DNA from: Dimorphilus gyrociliatus
Lineage: Eukaryota; Animalia; Annelida
Assembly (NCBI GenBank): GCA_904063045.1
Contig: CAJFCJ010000002.1
Location: 186,001-250,000 of the forward strand
DNA: 64,000 bases
Direction of reading: 5' to 3'
Of this stretch, positions 35,563 to 47,063 are shown in pieces (position 1 is the first letter of the stretch; each line of letters opens with the position of its first letter). The position numbers and the translations under genes are program-made. The notes beneath the pieces are model-generated. The model did no database searches, was not told where the DNA came from, and saw only the letters and a list, made by a program, of their open reading frames with translations.

Positions 35563-37143
35563 TTAAATTGTTGATTTATTCTGCAAACGAGAATAAAAAT
35601 TTGCAGCTGCCGCCATTAAATTATCTGAAGCCGTAGTACTGTATGGCTGTGACCAGAACGTCAAGGGCGAAAGGAAGGAAGTGGAAGGTAAGTGCTGGTA
35701 ATGGTGGAAGAGTGAGGCGGCATATTCGTATTCCATAGTGTAGCGAGGCCATTGACCGACACCTTTGTAGAGGGCGTTGTAATCGTAAACCGGACGGTCG
35801 TCCGACTTTGAAGACGCCTCGGAAACGGGCGACGCCTTCACCGGCGTTCTCTTCCGCTTATTGATAAATTGCTCTAGCCTTGATAAGTCGGTTCTAATAC
35901 AACTATCCCCTTCGTCATTTGTTGGTTCCGGTTCGGTTTCTTCTGTCTCTCTAGCCTCCACCGCCTCCGCTTCTACAACTTTCTGTTCGATATCCTTTTG
36001 TAGTTTCTGAACAACGCTTTCCAGGTCGGATTTTTTTCGACCCGCGCCCTCTACCGGTTTCGGATGTTTTTCACTCGTCGGTGTTTTATCGTCGGATCGA
36101 TCGACTGGCTGTGGCGGTGGTGGTGGTGGTGGTGGTGGTGGTGGTGGCGGTTTATCGACTTTGGCAACTTTGATGTAGACGACCTCGTCCTCTTCGTCAT
36201 CAGAAACGCTTCTCTTTCGGCGCTAAATGAGCAAAGAACATATAATTTCATTAGTTGGGAGGTCAACAAATTTTCGAACGGTGTCGGATTTTATTTCGGT
36301 CGTTACAATTAAGCCTACTGAATAAACGTGTACTCGTACTTAAAATAGTATTATTACACACGTCATGCATGTAATATACATAATGTAGATCGCATATAAC
36401 TGGAGTATATCACGTGACATCGTGTAATACCTCTATAGCGGCGACAAAGGCAGTTTGGGCGGCTAGCCAACGGCGCCTTTCATCAATTGATCGTCGCAGC
36501 TGCCAGCCGTATAGTTGGCTTTAATGAGTGAGAGCGTACGCCGCTCTTTTAAAGCACCTGCTCGTCGTAAGGGGCGGACATTTCCCCAACGTTCTCTTCC
36601 ATATATTTAAAAATACTACCCTTTTTCGTCAAGCTTGTTGCAAACGCCTTATTGCTCCTCTTATGCTCTTACGCAATAATTACAAACGTATTATAATTTA
36701 TTACACGGTTTCTTATCGATACAACCGCCATAGGAACTTTTTAATCCTATAATTATTGTCGCAGACTCTAGTTTATAAAAGAACAGCAAAACAGACGAAT
36801 GAAGGCGTAATATACAAACCTGACTTTGGGGAGCACAAACTCGGCATCGGCAAGTAGCGTCATGAACCCGAAGAACTCCTCTGGCGACTAGAAGCTTTAA
36901 CGATTTACCGCGGTGACGTATCGACCGTTTCCAATCCTTTGCGGTTTGCCGTCCGCTAACGCGTTGCAGTTCGTTAGGCGTTAGCCAACAACCGTCATAG
37001 TATATACACTTTCCCTTACTACCTTGGCATAGCCTGTCGACGTACATAACAGCATGTTTTTGTCCACATTCGACTTCCAACACAACTTCGCCTTCTTTTC
37101 TTTCTAACTTTAACCACTCCATTTCGGTGTCGTCGTCGTTCAT
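35563..37143 (-). CDS. SAND-domain transcription factor, ~327 aa; exons 37143-36820 and 36222-35563
   Basis: LEVECG...LCQGSKGKCIYYDGCWLTPNELQRVSGRQTAKDWKRSIRH (KDWK motif) followed by HDATCRCRVC. A phase-0 splice joins exon 2 (RRKRS NLS-like motif, poly-Pro, acidic tract) in frame with the 35563-35961 ORF. Confidence 0.85.
36111..36149 (-). repeat. (CCA/CCG)n coding repeat giving a poly-proline run in the SAND gene
   Basis: A tggtggtgg... tract. In the spliced frame it reads KPPPPPPPPPPPQP; the poly-His and poly-Trp readings are alternative frames. Confidence 0.8.
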
Positions 37144-38616
37144 CCTCCACCTAGGAATTGCGGCGGCAGAGTGCGCTAACCGTTCGCTGCCGGCGGTGTG
37201 GCGCGGACGTTTTAAAACGGCGTTCGGCTAAGTTGAAGGTTCTCTTAGGTAGCGCTTAATCTCGTCTGGCGTGGTTTCGCTGATAATGACGCGCGGCAGA
37301 ACGACCTAACCTAACAGCTCTTACGCCGCCGCGATCGCCGTCGTCGACTCGACGCTACCGTATAATTTCTTCACGCTTTTTCGCTCTCCATTTTCTTTTA
37401 TTTAAACCGTCTACGTTGATTTATTGTCCAAACCCATTCCGTCAAAGTCTAGGTAAGATGCATAAAAAGCAAATGGTGTGACAAAGAAAAATGGCTAACT
37501 CGACGAAAGACTCAGCTTATCGCATAATCAACTAGACGGTGTGCAGGTGGTGTGGACTTGGTGATTAGCGGCAGTCGCCGGTGCTCGTTTTCTCGCTCCT
37601 TCTCTCCATCACGTGACTATAGGGGGAAGGGCGTGTGGGAGCACGGTGGAAGCTGCCACCACCGCCACTCCTTCAACCTCGTCTCGCCCGCCGTTTCCCA
37701 ACGTTCTAGATCAAAAGCAACTCGACCGCGAGAAGCGTGACCGATAAGCGCGGTCTACATCTGTCGTTGGAACGCCCCTATAACAGTGTATACATAGGCT
37801 TAGGTACTTCCGGTCAATTGCCCTCCTCCTCTCCATTCTCTCTCCCCCCCCACCCCGCACACACACACACACACGCACTTTGCCCCCCGCCGGCGTAGTT
37901 CTCAAAAAATGTTCGCCACCTGTACTTTTCTATATTCACTAGTATTTGGTTTCGCTATCCACATGTCCATTCTTACCTTAATCGTGATTTATTTTTAATT
38001 AATTAGTGACGGTAGTAGGCTGTTTTACTAGTCGCCATAATATCATTAGATTAAGTTGCGGTAGTTCATTACTTTACGAAACACAAATTTTAACAGTTTG
38101 CCTAAGCTAATTACTAGTTGAAAAAAGCGCTACTAATGATTATACTAATCTCACACGTTGTTCTGCGGTTGTGAAACGAGAAAAAACGTCAAAAAAACAT
38201 TTGAAAATGGTCAAACAACATTCCAAACACCTTCATTTCTTTCCTGAAATTACAATAGAATTTACAGATGTGGAAGACGCTAGAGAATCAAGCACGGGAG
38301 GAGAGCATATTATTAAGAAAGAATGGTTACGTATTCCGTTATTATTCCTTTTTGCATAGTAAGATTTTGAGAATAGCACGCCAGTCTTGCAGTGTATATG
38401 TTTTAGGCTCTAATTACTATTGGCGATGAATTAGCAAATTTCTCTCTCTTTTAAACAAGAGTAACGTGTAATAAGATATATTTTAGGGTACTGAAACACT
38501 CTTCTCATTGTTTCTTTGTATTTAGTAAGCCTAGAGGTAAACGTGGAAGAGGAACCAGAACTGGTTCATTTGGAAAACATCGCGGAAAATGTTGCAGTAA
38601 TAGCAAAACGGCACTA

Positions 38617-40080
38617 ATGACGAACACATTCCCACCGGATAAAGTCAACATTGGGACTCGCCTTCCGTCGCTGACCTCTTCAACGAACCTTACTACTGCC
38701 CATAAGTTTGTTAGAATTGGAAGAGAGATTTTGTTGATAAATCATTGCAGGAAGATTTTGGAGGATAGAAGTAAAAAATTTGGGAAAATAATCTCAGAGG
38801 CTGAGGGAAAGATGAGGGACGAGGAGAACCGTTTCAAGACTAAGAGTAAGCGCCTGAAGGGCGAATTAATTGAATCGAGAGCGCAGGCGCTGAAGGCGGA
38901 GGAGATGAGCCACGAATACGGCAAGAAGCGATTGGATTTAGAGAAGGAATTACAGAAGGAAAGGGGGAAAGTACAGAGCTTGAAGGGCGAATTGATGGAG
39001 ATTCGCTACAATCTATCGAGACTGAAAATGTTGCGTCATTTCCTATTCAGAGCTGCACCCGATTGGTGGCAGAAAAGAGTCTTCAGGGAAAGTGGGATTC
39101 GGGTGAAAATCGCCAAGTTTAAGACGGTAAACGATATATCTATACCTTCTAGGTCAAATAGGAAAAGTATTATCAAAGAAAGGGAAACGCCCTCATGGTT
39201 AAGGCGACATGTCGACTTTCAGCTGAATAGTGAAAAGTCGGAATCGAAGGACGAGCTGTCGTTAAGCGCTTTTGATAATTCGATAGCGGCTACTCAAACG
39301 GAACAACTGTGCGAGTGGGACGTCGATGACTTGTACGAATTAGAGACGTATTTTAACAGTCCGATCGAGTTTTTAGATATTCTTCGTGACGAAGAGGATT
39401 CTATTCTAAAACTATTAAATAAATCGGCGAAAGATGACTACAACTTCAACGTAAAGATTACAGATGATTTTGACATTTTTGAAACGAAAAAACAGCATGA
39501 AAGCGTCTTCCAGCAGTTCGAAGGCAAGAATTCCCAACTGGATCATTTACAAAGGGAAAAGGCTAGACACTTTGTACTTTACCACCTGGAAATAGCCAAG
39601 AACGAAATAGAAGGGCCCTATAGGGAATTGAGGTATAGTGGCGATGTCACGTGACCGGGTAGGTATAATTTCGTGATCCGTACAAAATACCTCAATTCCA
39701 GGAAGATTAGAGAAAAACTGGAGAGGATGTACATAGCCTGTTTTCCACGATTTGAACAAACTTGTATAAGAAAATACAGTGAAATAGAGCTATTAGAAAA
39801 GATAGAAGGTACGCTCTTCAGATTGATAGATACCGTTGAAACTCTTCCAAAGAAGCGATTGGAAGAGAAGCTAAAAGCATTAAGATGGAGTAGGAAATTA
39901 AAGACAGCTGCCGACATCGGAAAGAGGCCGGAGGTAACTCATCGGAAGACTACAGCTACCAGAGTTGGCAGGAGGATTGTTGTAAGGTCAAACCCGAATT
40001 GGAAAAAGCAGCAAATCAAAGAAATTCGTGTTGGAAAATTTACCTCTACCGATGATGACTACTACTTTAGTAATTGTTAA
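38617..40080 (+). CDS. CFAP100: CFAP100/CCDC37-CCDC38-like (DUF4200) coiled-coil ciliary protein, divergent; exons 38617-39632 and 39702-40080, 5' end unresolved
   Basis: A 69-nt GT-AG intron joins the two ORFs in frame. Family-like motifs: REILL, FLFRAAPDWW, YFNSPIEFLDIL, LERMYIACF, LLEKIEGTL...ETLP, GRRIVVRSNP and DYYFS. Confidence 0.65.
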
Positions 40081-42316
40081 ATATAGCGAAGATTTAGCCA
40101 AATTATACTTCGTCATCCATTCCCCCAGCGGGACTTGGTCAGGTTAATTCGGTCCCCGCCATTTCACCCTTCTCACTGATCTTCCGCACAGATATCGTTT
40201 CTTTTCGCCGCTAGGCCTATATGAGATTAATTGAGAAGCGTTCGCCGTACGTTGTCGGTCTGTCTGGCCTAATAGGCTCGAACCCGACGTTCCGCGGGCG
40301 TTTAGTGAATTCCGCTGCAATTTCCTCCAAGATTCTTTCAGTTCCTTCCGCCAAAAAGACCCACCAACCCTTTTCCTATCTGTTTTCCTCTTTCCCTTTC
40401 TGGATATTTGTGTTTTTGCATTTAGGGAGCATTCCTCTTTATTCCATACCTTTGCTCATCTTTCCCCTATGGGAATGAGGAGGCTAGAGAAGAAAAAAAA
40501 ACAGACGTGTTCCATAATTGTCTCCTTGTTTTCCTGTTTCTTTTCTTCGTTGTTAAAGAAATATTACCGTAAGGGAAGGGAAAGGGCATCGATTTCATAG
40601 ACGAGAGCAAATAAGAGAACTAGAGGCAAGAGGGTCGTGGGGGGTAGGTAAAAAATGCAACCTTTGCGAAAGAATAGCAAACCATAAACCTAACAGGATC
40701 GTAATTATCAACCGGTACAAAAAGGTAAACAACAACTAACCAAACACCAGCTTGAACAGATAGAAAGGTTATTGATATGTCTTACGTCATCATGAATCGA
40801 AAAATAAGTCGAATATTAATGCTTCAACTAACAGATGCAGTATATTATTAACATCGATTTTATACAAAAAAAAGAGAAAGAAAAGAGGAAAAAAGAACCA
40901 GTGACGCTCCCTAACTTCCCTCAAGCGTTACACTACAAAAAATCTACCCCTCGAGTTGATATATTCTGCGTTTACCTTAAATAGATGTACCTTTACAAAT
41001 AGAAATATTACAAGCTTTTATTCAAAGAATGTATCTGGTTCACAGATATGTTGACAACAGATGGCGCGATTTGTATAACAGAGAGTACTGTTATAAGATT
41101 AATAGATGACTGAAAAAGTAGAGAAAATGGAAAGAGAGGAGGTTTACTGAGGGAATATATAGAGGAATAGGCATCAAATGCCTCGGTCAATTATCATACG
41201 CAGCTGTTTATACTCCTGTTCAGCCTCAAGAAGAGGAAGCGTGGTTCCCGCCAAATGTTCTAAGCATCACACCCCTCAATTGGCAGACTGCGCTTGATAA
41301 GATACGATAACGGCTGAAAGAAACAAAAAAGGAATTTGGCTGAAAGTGGTGAATAAAACCATAATTAGTTGTATTCTTTACCGGCTTAAAAACCGACATA
41401 TCTTTGTCATAAAACATGCAATTAATAGTTTCACTAGGTGTTTGCCGATGATATCACCCTTTGGAAATTTTCTGTTTTTTTACAACAATATTATATGCTA
41501 TTTCATATATCTGATAAAACCGCGTTTATTCACTAGTGAAATAATTAATACTATTGAACATGTTCTCTCGATAATCAACGTCCATACGCCATTCATTAGT
41601 TCCGTCCTGCTTTCCTATATCCGGTGTATAAACATAAAATTCGTTTGTCTTTCCGTTCTGGATTTTCGAGATTCTATGTGTTTGCCTCTTACAGACCATA
41701 GAAAAGCCGACTAGGCAACCCAGAAACTTGATTACTACGATTCGAGTCAGTTTCGACATCCTCTTCTTCGATGATTGATGGTGAAGATTGATGACGCGGG
41801 CGGCGACTACTGTACATAAAGTAGCGAACCTCTACTATACTATACTATTGTGAAGATAACGAAAAAGTTACTTAGAGTTTCTTGAAAACATTTTAATATT
41901 GTAATTCTTTTTTTCCAGTTCAAAGAGAATTTCCTGATAAACTGAAAATTAATATAAGGTTAAAGATATCATATTAAGAAAAAAACTATAATAGTAATTT
42001 GGTAGATTTTATAAAGTTCCGATCGCTCTCCGTTATAATTAGGTATAAAACGTGATAGGAAAAAAAATCATGATAGTTTTTGTTCTTGAAAAACTGAGTC
42101 GAACATGAAATTACGATCGCTTATTTCTTTCTATTATTTTCATTGAAAACAAATTGATCTATCTACAAAAAGAAATACCAATAAGAAGAGTTCAATGGAC
42201 TCTTTGCCTTAGAATTTTTAAGGTGTGATATCATTTTCAATAATTATCGAAATTTTAATTTGGACAAAAATATTTCAATAGAAATCAATTTTCAACAGTA
42301 CATTGGGTTGTACGAC

Positions 42317-42342
42317 CTCTCTCTCTCTCTCTCTCTCTCTCT
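42317..42342. repeat. (CT)n microsatellite
   Basis: About 13 CT units. Confidence 0.9.
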
Positions 42343-42977
42343 GTGGTTCTCGTCTAGTGATTCAGGGTCAAACAACCATAATACCACACCCAAATTGATA
42401 ACGGAAAAGATTAACTTATTCGAAAGAAAATAATTCTCATTCTATACCAGTAAATAGCCCTTCAAAAATTTGATTTTATAACTCAGTATTATTCGACGCG
42501 GAAAATTTTCAAAGTGCATTTAACCCTTTATTTTTTTACATTAAAATACATAAGCTATTTATAAATAGTTATGATTTTCCACTGCTTCTTTTGCTAATAC
42601 GGTTACCTCTTGAGATCTCAAAAACCATAAAGCAATTGTTATGAAACTAGACAGCTTCTGGTCAGTTAAACTTGGATTAATGATAGATAATTTTGAGGTA
42701 AAATTTTCCTTCAATTTATCTTTTTGTTGATCATTAATCGTAAACTTTTGCGTAGTTGTTGAAAATTTACAGACAAAATAACTATTTATCTTAGTCCAGA
42801 CTTTATTAGCAGTGTTAAATAGGATAGACTCTTATGTCAATACATTAATTTAACGAATCTAACGAATGTATTTCTCAATCTATAATATATAAAACACGAA
42901 CATCGACGCCTATGGAAATTATGATAACATTTTCCTCAGTTAACAAGTTTTAATGAGTCAATAACGTCTTTATGATC

Positions 42978-43968
42978 TTACTCTCGATGGCAAAGAACAA
43001 ACAAACCTAAAACTCCTAAAACCAAGTACTGAAAAAAAATTAAAGTGTTTAGGATTTTAGAGATTTGAAAATTGAAGAAATACCTTGAATTTAGGATAAT
43101 CATTCATTAATATAGTGACCATTCCAATGTAAGGCACAAATCTATCAATTTAATTTATAAATTAGCGTAAGAGTAAATTACTAAAGTTGTCTTACCCTTT
43201 TGCTCTTCCAACAACATCTTTGTTTTCTAGCCATGATTGTCCTTTAGCATATAATCCTCTATCATCTACCTCATTATTGTCTCCCTTCGTGAGAAATTTA
43301 ATGGTTCCATTCTCTCTGAAGTAATGTCTTTGATTAGAAAAAAAGCCTTTTTTTAATTGTGTATAGTTACCTTTCATGAACTTTCAAACAACGATGGACT
43401 ATAGGAATTTCTCGTCCTTCGATTTTGAACACAACGATGTCTCCTACTCTGATCGGGTCTTGTTTATTGTTTGTTAAGACTAGTAAGTCTCCTCTGTGAA
43501 AAGCAGGTTCCATGCTACCACTAAATAAAATTTTATTAGATTTATCCATGATAAATTCTAAATTAATTAAATTTTATTTTATACCTCAAAACAACAACAA
43601 TTGGGCTTTCACTCCCAGTAACAACCATGAGACCCTTCCATATCATAAGAGCTGAACTAACAATCATTCCAAAGTTTAATACTTGATAATAAAGCTGAAA
43701 TAGAACATTTTAACTATTATTAAAATATACTCTGTATTTAATGTGTAATTATAGCAATTTGTTAAGATTTTAAAAAACAAATTTGAACGAAATAAAAGAT
43801 CGCGACGAAAAAAGTGTCCGGTTCAATATGTTTCAATTGCTTTACTTGTTCTGTAGTTCACTTTTCAATTCTAAAATGACATTTCGATTTCACTTTTAAA
43901 TTTATTACCTGTCGCTTATTCATACGCCGAACATCATCAAGAAAACTGAACTTATCTAGAAACTCCAT
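42978..43968 (-). CDS. SEC11: Signal peptidase complex catalytic subunit SEC11, ~6 exons
   Basis: [72 protein letters not shown] and LCHRE-stop. Confidence 0.96.
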
Positions 43969-44343
43969 TTTGCTAGAGAAACCGGAAGCTGAGCTGTCCC
44001 TATAAAATGGTGGTATTGTAATGTTTTTTTTTGTCAAGAAACAGAGAAATCCTAGAGAATGTTTGCAGAGATCCACAAACTTTTAAACTATAATTGATTT
44101 ATGTAGGTTAAAATATTAAAATAATGATAGAAATTTTATGATATTTAGATGATAAAATATTTTTGAATGGAGAACATTAAATAGTGTAAAATCAGCTTTT
44201 CTTTAAGAGTATACTTATCAAAGTATTCGCTGAAATCTAAAAGGAGAAAATGAAACCTTAAATTACCGCAAATAAGTCTCGATTTAATTTGTTTATTCCA
44301 ATTGCGTGGGCATATGGTAAGCAATTGTAAATCGTTTCTCAAA

Positions 44344-44700
44344 ATGTTCACGAAACGATCAGCACTAAGTGTTGCTCTTATTCTAAGTTCCCTAATCACA
44401 ACTCTCTCCTTCCAACTTGAGAGTTCTACACGATTTTGTCATCTTCAGTCTTACAGAATGAGTATAACGGACTCAACTTGTGAAAATAGTCGAATTATTT
44501 CATCATCTAAATGTGCTGGTGGCTGCTACTCTACTACAGATATTCTTAGCGAAAATCCGAGAGAATTATTCGAAGAATGTTCCTGCTGCGTGCCTTCTAA
44601 ACTATCTCATCAAATGGTTGAACTAGATTGTTATCCTCCTTATAAGAAAATGTTCAACATAACCATTATTGAAAAATGTTCATGCAGACACTGTGATTAA
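44344..44700 (+). CDS. Stand-alone secreted cystine-knot (CTCK) protein with 11 Cys, 118 aa, intronless
   Basis: Signal peptide MFTKRSALSVALILSSLITTLS. Cys pattern C-x13-C-x10-CAGGC-x17-CSCC-x13-C-x15-CSCRHC. Confidence 0.85.
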   Translation: MFTKRSALSVALILSSLITTLSFQLESSTRFCHLQSYRMSITDSTCENSRIISSSKCAGGCYSTTDILSENPRELFEECSCCVPSKLSHQMVELDCYPPYKKMFNITIIEKCSCRHCD

Positions 44701-44956
44701 TAGTATTTTAAGCATAAATTTCCAATAAAAAATTTTGAATTTAGCGCCACTTTTTGGCAAAACATCCTGTATTTATTTTTTATAATAGTTTGCTTGCTCG
44801 TTCATTTATTTGACTTCGAAATATTAAATCTTTATGAAAAATTATGTTTTAATAACGTTATATTATAAATTTTAACACTTTTCTCAATCTACCAAAGAAA
44901 AAGCGATACATTTCTCTTCTAGTTGTTAGCTTTAGAGTATTCACTGTATTATCGTA

Positions 44957-46213
44957 ATGAGGCCTTTGAGGATAAGATTACGAAATGTGATAATAGGTGG
45001 AGGAGCAATTCTGTTTGTAATAGCTGTATACTATTTTTCACATCGAAAGTCTCATCAGATTGAAATACCATCAGCAAAAGGCAGCAAAGATGGAATGACA
45101 AGTGCAATGATGTCAACTATTGTTAACCAGCCTTCGTTTCCCAATTACAATGTTCACATATTCTATTATCCCTGGTACGGCACCCCAGGAGTTGATAAAA
45201 AGTGGCTGCATTGGAATCATCCGTATTTAGAGCATTGGAACAAAATTGAGCAAAAAAAATGGCCAACAGGAAGACATTCTCCACCTGACGACCTGGGATC
45301 TACTTTTTATCCAAAGTTGGGGCCATATAGTTCGAAAAACGAAACAATAATTAACAATCATATGGAGCAAATCAAGAAAGCAGGAGTAGGCGTTCTTGTC
45401 CTTACTTGGTATCCCCCAGGCTCGTCTGATGAGAATGGTGCTCCTTTGGATCCTGTTACAATTCTAGTTTTAGATTCAGCTCACAAGCATGAACTAAAAG
45501 TCTGTTTTCATATAGAGCCATATCAAGGACGTAATGCTCAAAGCATGAACGTTAATATAAAATATATTATTGATAAATATGGAAAGCATCCTGCATTTTA
45601 TAGAAGGGTTGCAAAAGATGGTCGAGAATTACCAGTATATTATATTTATGACAGCTATAATATCCCTGCAGCGTCTTGGTCTCAATTATTGCGCCCTAAC
45701 TCTGGACTATCCTTAAGAGGAGGAAAATATGACGGTATATTTATAGGTTTGCTTGTAGAAGAAAAGCACAAAATAGACTTGATAGGAGCTGGTTTTGACG
45801 GGTTTTATACTTACTTTGCGTCTGATAAGTTCTCTTTTGGCTCTACGCTTTACAATTGGAAGAGCTTAGCTGAATATGCTCAAAGAAAAAATGTTCTGTT
45901 TATTCCTAGTGTGGGTCCAGGCTACAATGATCGCAAAGTTCGACCGTGGAATTATGTAAATAACAGAAATAGAGACAATGGCAAATATTACGAAAGATCT
46001 TTAAAAATGGCCTTTGAAATCAAGCCGTCAATTTTAAGTATTACATCCTTTAACGAATGGCATGAGGGTACCCAAATCGAGGAAGCTGTTCCTCATCTTG
46101 CCACTGGAGACGGAGGCTCTTATGATGATTATTCCCCAAATATGCCGGATTTTTATTTAACTCTTACCAGAACATGGCTTAGTTTGTCACCGGATTCGCT
46201 AAATCGACACTAG
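44957..46213 (+). CDS. MANEA: Glycoprotein endo-alpha-1,2-mannosidase (GH99), intronless
   Basis: Type II membrane anchor, HIFYYPWYG, WLHWNH, FYPKLGPYSS, VCFHIEPY, GFDGFYTYFAS, FIPSVGPGY and SITSFNEWHEGTQIE. Confidence 0.95.
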   Translation: MRPLRIRLRNVIIGGGAILFVIAVYYFSHRKSHQIEIPSAKGSKDGMTSAMMSTIVNQPSFPNYNVHIFYYPWYGTPGVDKKWLHWNHPYLEHWNKIEQKKWPTGRHSPPDDLGSTFYPKLGPYSSKNETIINNHMEQIKKAGVGVLVLTWYPPGSSDENGAPLDPVTILVLDSAHKHELKVCFHIEPYQGRNAQSMNVNIKYIIDKYGKHPAFYRRVAKDGRELPVYYIYDSYNIPAASWSQLLRPNSGLSLRGGKYDGIFIGLLVEEKHKIDLIGAGFDGFYTYFASDKFSFGSTLYNWKSLAEYAQRKNVLFIPSVGPGYNDRKVRPWNYVNNRNRDNGKYYERSLKMAFEIKPSILSITSFNEWHEGTQIEEAVPHLATGDGGSYDDYSPNMPDFYLTLTRTWLSLSPDSLNRH

Positions 46214-46572
46214 CGCAATCTGGTGGATTATGTTTACGATGTTGATGTAGGCCTATCTTGCACGTGACACGCATTGCTCGGTCTGTGTGCTTTTTTTGTT
46301 TTGTACAACAAAGTCAGGTATATGCTGTGTGACTGAACTTTTATTGTATCTATTTCTAAATTATTGCTTTATTCGTTATGTGAAAGTAAAAATCATCACA
46401 TTTAAGAAATAAAACTTGTACTATCAATTTGTATTAACTTTTTCTCTTCTCATACTAGACGCTTTTTATACTAAGATCGGGGTCAAACGGTCAAGCTTGG
46501 CTTTTTTATCTCGGATGTACAACTTGGAATATTTACACAATCGAATGAAAACTGTTAAGCTTAGAGACCAGT

Positions 46573-46965
46573 ATGCACCGTCAATGTTCTGTTGAGGATC
46601 GCATACCATCTCCTCCTCTATGCCTACAAAATGGAACTCAGAGAATGGACAGTCCCAAATTAGATGAACCGATATCTAAGCTTGTTAAGTTAAAAACGGA
46701 CATGGTGAGTAATTCACAAGAGAATGTATTCATTCATGAATGATTTAACTCTTATCAGATGTTTTTCTTTATTTTAAATATTAATCAGATGCAACTTCGA
46801 CTGTTGGACAAGGAGATTCTCGGACGGTTGATGCAAGCATACAATATTATATTACAACTTAAATCAAATTCCGTGGGAAATAAGTCGATCGAAGAAGTTG
46901 ACGAAGAGGCCTATTTGCAGCCTTTAAAATGTGTTCATCAGAATCATGTTTATGCAAACATTTAG
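46573..46965 (+). CDS. Small LURAP/FAM89-like coiled-coil adaptor, ~102 aa; exons 46573-46704 and 46789-46965
   Basis: ATG|gtgagt...aatcag|ATG splice. The joined peptide contains LVKLKTDMMQLRLLDKEILGRLMQAYNIILQLK, matching the LURAP heptad core (cf. LKMELAYLRAIDVKILQQL). Confidence 0.68.
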
Positions 46966-47063
46966 TTAACGGTTAAGTTTCAATACTAATCTCGTATTAA
47001 TTAGATATATTAAGTAATCTGTTTCGATATATACATTAACAATCATAAGCTGAAAATATATTG

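Noticed and set aside
36051-36312. Poly-His (minus) and poly-Trp (plus) ORFs
   Set aside because: These are alternative readings of the (CCA)n tract that encodes poly-Pro in the spliced SAND frame.
39620-39710. Apparent frameshift or pseudogene between ORFs 38617-39654 and 39673-40080
   Set aside because: A 69-nt GT-AG intron (39633-39701) joins them in frame.
40270-40300. tRNA T-loop-like GGTTCGAGCC on the minus strand
   Set aside because: The flanks do not form a T-stem or acceptor stem, and no D or anticodon arm is present.
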